A DNA stretch of 64,000 bases from Alphaproteobacteria bacterium (GTDB lineage Bacteria > Pseudomonadota > Alphaproteobacteria > MPNO01), in NCBI GenBank assembly GCA_965248835.1, contig CBDFLJ010000001.1, positions 2,221,381-2,285,380 of the forward strand. The letters are read 5' to 3'. The notes under the pieces are model-generated. The model was not told the DNA's origin. It saw only the letters and a program-made list of their open reading frames with translations, and ran no database searches. The translations under genes and the position numbers were made by a program. This document shows, piece by piece, positions 61,244 through 64,000 of this stretch; position 1 is the stretch's first letter; each line of letters starts with the position of its first letter.

Positions 61244-62178
61244 TCCGTGCGCGAAGCCCGCGCGGTCGCGGCGTAGACGCCGACGAAGACCAGCGCGATG
61301 CCGGCGATGTGATACCAGCGCAGCGCCTCGCCGAGGAACCCGATCGCCATCAGCGCACCGAACACCGGCACGGTGTAGAAGAAATAGCCCGCCGTCGTCG
61401 CACCGATCCGGTTGATGCCGGCGACCCACAGCGTCTGGGCCAGCGCCGAGGGGAACAGGCCGAGGAACAGGACCGCGAGCGTCGAATCGACGGTCCATAT
61501 CATCGGCCGGGCGAACACCGCCCATTCGACAGCGACCAGCGGCAGGCAGGTGAGCGCGCCGACCAGGCACAGCGCCGTCATCAGCTCGCTCGGCGTCAAC
61601 GCCCTGGGCGCGCGGGCAACGCCAGTCGAATAGAAAGCGTAGGCGAGCGTGCCCGCCCATATCAGCGGATCGCCGATGTTGATCCGAAGGGTCAAGAGTG
61701 CGCCGAGATCGCCGCGCACGACCATCAGGACGATGCCGATGAAGCCGAACGCCACGCCGATCACCTGGAGGCCCGAAACGCGGATGCCGAGGAACAGCCA
61801 CGAGACCAGGACGATGTTGATCGTCATCGTCGCCAGCAGGATCGAGCCGTTGATTGCCTGGGTGTTCTCGATGCCGAGGAACAAGAGCGCGCCGAAAGCC
61901 GTCATGTTGAGCACGCCCAGCCGCGTGAGGATCCGCCAATGAGCGATCAGCACCCGGCGCTTGGCAATCAGCGCCGGGCCGGTAAACGGCACGATCGCCA
62001 GGAACGCGATCACCCAGCGCCAGAAATTGAGCGCCATCGGCGGTGCCTCCGGCGTCGCCGCGCGGCCGACGACGATCGTCCCGGCCCAGCACAGCGCCGT
62101 CACCGTGCACAGCATATAGGCGAGCGGGCGCGGCGGGACGGCGGCCTCGATGCGCCGCAGAAGGCTGGTCGGTGACAC
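61231..62178 (-). CDS. DMT/EamA family transporter
   Basis: ~10 TMs; FWRW, GDPL, PVFGA...LGE. Confidence 0.9.
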   Translation of the reverse strand: MSPTSLLRRIEAAVPPRPLAYMLCTVTALCWAGTIVVGRAATPEAPPMALNFWRWVIAFLAIVPFTGPALIAKRRVLIAHWRILTRLGVLNMTAFGALLFLGIENTQAINGSILLATMTINIVLVSWLFLGIRVSGLQVIGVAFGFIGIVLMVVRGDLGALLTLRINIGDPLIWAGTLAYAFYSTGVARAPRALTPSELMTALCLVGALTCLPLVAVEWAVFARPMIWTVDSTLAVLFLGLFPSALAQTLWVAGINRIGATTAGYFFYTVPVFGALMAIGFLGEALRWYHIAGIALVFVGVYAATARASRTDQTG

Positions 62179-62285
62179 GGCAGGGATTGTAGGGAACCGA
62201 TCACCCGAAAGTGAGCAAAACTTCCTTGCAGCCGCCGGTACGGCGGTCCGTTATCCTCAAGCCACCCGACCGGGAGGATCATCCC

Positions 62286-63290
62286 ATGGCAGCCCACGGA
62301 CGTTTGCGCCCCGCCGAGGCCCTCGGCCGGACGATGGCCGCATCGTTCGCGCTCGCCCTGTGGATGGGCACCGCGGCCGCCAACCCGGACGTTTGGAGAC
62401 ACGCCTGGCCGAACACCGACTTCTCCAGGCACTCGGTGGCATTCTCCGATATCATGTCCGGCGGACCGCCCAAGGACGGTATCCCCGCGATCGACGACCC
62501 CAAATTCGCCGCAATCGCGGATGTGGACAATCTGGCCGCGACCGAGCCGGTGGTCAGCCTGAGCCTCCATGGCGATGCCCGCGCCTACCCGCTGCGTATC
62601 CTGATCTGGCACGAGATCGTCAACGACACCGTCGGCGGCGTGCCGGTGTCGGTGACCTATTGCCCGCTGTGCAACTCGGCCATCGTCTTCGACCGGCGAG
62701 TGGACGGCCGCGTGCTCGACTTCGGCACCACCGGTAAGCTGCGCAACAGCGATCTGGTGATGTACGACCGTCAGACCGAGAGCTGGTGGCAACAGTTCAC
62801 CGGGACCGGCATCGTCGGCGAGATGAACGGCAAGGTGCTCGAGATGCTGCCCGCCCGGGTCGAGTCCTTTGCGCTGTTCGGGAAGCGCCACCGCGGCGGC
62901 CGCATCCTGGTCCCCGACAACGCGCGCTTCCGCCCTTACGGGACCAACCCCTATCAGCGCTACGACACCGCCGCGCGGCCGTTCCTCTACCGCGGCGGCT
63001 ATCCCGAAGGCATCGCGCCGATGGCCTACGTGGTCAAGGTGGGCGCCGAGGCCTGGCCGCTGGACCTGATCAGGCAGCGCGGCGGCCTGAACGCGGGCGA
63101 TCTGCGCCTGAGCTGGACGACCGGCCGGAACTCCGCGCTCGATCACGGCACCATCGCCGAGGGCCGCGACATCGGCAATCTGGTCGTCCAGCGGCGCAAG
63201 GACGGCAAATGGGTCGACGCGGTCCACGATCTGACCTTCGCCTTCGTCTTCCACGCCTTCGTCCCGCACGGCAAGATCCACAAGAATTGA
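62286..63290 (+). CDS. DUF3179 domain exported protein (start uncertain)
   Basis: SGGPPKDGIPAID.P, AYP..IL.WHEIVND, TYCPLCN, MYDRQTESWWQQ. Confidence 0.88.
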   Translation: MAAHGRLRPAEALGRTMAASFALALWMGTAAANPDVWRHAWPNTDFSRHSVAFSDIMSGGPPKDGIPAIDDPKFAAIADVDNLAATEPVVSLSLHGDARAYPLRILIWHEIVNDTVGGVPVSVTYCPLCNSAIVFDRRVDGRVLDFGTTGKLRNSDLVMYDRQTESWWQQFTGTGIVGEMNGKVLEMLPARVESFALFGKRHRGGRILVPDNARFRPYGTNPYQRYDTAARPFLYRGGYPEGIAPMAYVVKVGAEAWPLDLIRQRGGLNAGDLRLSWTTGRNSALDHGTIAEGRDIGNLVVQRRKDGKWVDAVHDLTFAFVFHAFVPHGKIHKN

Positions 63291-63406
63291 ACGGCCCGCA
63301 CCGGCGCTCCTGATGACAGGGAGAAGAGATTGTCCGGCGCCGCCGTCCGCTCTATACTCGCCGGCAGGTGAAATGGCCCGTTTTTCAAAAGGATGAGCCT
63401 GCAGTC

Positions 63407-64000
63407 GTGCCCCTGGACGTCGCCTATTCGGTTTGCCCGCATGATTGCCCGAGCGCGTGCGCGCTGGACATCGAGCGGCTGGCGCCCGATCGGATCGGCG
63501 CGGTGCGCGGCGCGGAAGGCAACCGCTATACCGCGGGCGTGGTCTGCGCCAAGGTCGCGCGCTACGCCGAACGGGTTCATCACCCCGATCGCCTGACCCG
63601 ACCGCTGCGCCGGACGGGGTCCAAAGGCTCCGGCCAGTTTGTCGAGATCGGCTGGGACGAGGCGCTCGATCGCGTGGCCGAGGCCTTGCTTGCCGCCGAG
63701 GCCAAGCACGGCAGCGAGGCGGTCTGGCCCTACTACTACGCCGGTACGATGGGGCTGGTCCAACGCGACGGGATCAACCGGCTGCGCCACGCCAAGCGCT
63801 ATTCGCGCCAGCTCAAGACCATCTGCTCCTCGCTGACCGACGCGGGCTGGCGCGCCGGCGTCGGCGCCAAGTACGGACCCGATGCGTGCGAGATCGCCGA
63901 AAGCGACCTGATCGTGATCTGGGGATCGAACCCCGTGCACACCCAGGTCAACCTGATGCATCACATAACGGTGGCCCGCAAGGCGCGCGGGGCGGGTGGT
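63407..64000 (+). CDS. Molybdopterin oxidoreductase family protein (runs off the window)
   Basis: CPHDCPSAC, CAKV.RY.ERVHHPDRL..PLRR.G.KG.G.F..I.WDEALD; start may be 63368. Confidence 0.9.
   Translation, partial: MPLDVAYSVCPHDCPSACALDIERLAPDRIGAVRGAEGNRYTAGVVCAKVARYAERVHHPDRLTRPLRRTGSKGSGQFVEIGWDEALDRVAEALLAAEAKHGSEAVWPYYYAGTMGLVQRDGINRLRHAKRYSRQLKTICSSLTDAGWRAGVGAKYGPDACEIAESDLIVIWGSNPVHTQVNLMHHITVARKARGAGG

Noticed and set aside
57761-62110. 1449-aa minus-strand ORF (likewise 51663-53801 and 42937-44670)
   Set aside because: GC-rich shadow frames over real genes; only 57761-58597 (ECH) is coding in that frame.

Overview
GC-rich bacterial window, probably from an alphaproteobacterium. The secreted FN3 and ankyrin proteins and heavy IS decay suggest a host-associated symbiont such as a sponge symbiont (inference). 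Five blocks are visible. (1) <1-3239: a large secreted fibronectin-type-III repeat protein missing from the ORF track. (2) ~3.9-15.2 kb: a collapsed lambdoid prophage that keeps a cos-like site, DNA methyltransferases, tail-tip and lysis genes, carries a secreted ankyrin gene inside a broken C5 methyltransferase, and has lost its head/tail core. (3) 15.5-25.5 kb: a co-oriented cluster, RHH - type III mod - res (frameshifted) - ABC ATPase - soluble histidine kinase (IS5-split) - receiver/kinase fusion. This is the best candidate for an undescribed defence system. (4) 25.7-42.9 kb: a tyrosine integrase between two inverted tRNA-Met 3' halves, then a collage of IS and conjugation fragments with a few low-GC genes (NYN RNase behind a structured leader, AlbA/Schlafen protein, IS630-split J-domain/KTSC gene). 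(5) 43.1-64 kb: core metabolism with sat-aprM-aprB-aprA, argE, aromatic and CoA catabolic enzymes, a transporter and a molybdoenzyme. All family assignments come from motif recognition by eye; no searches were run.
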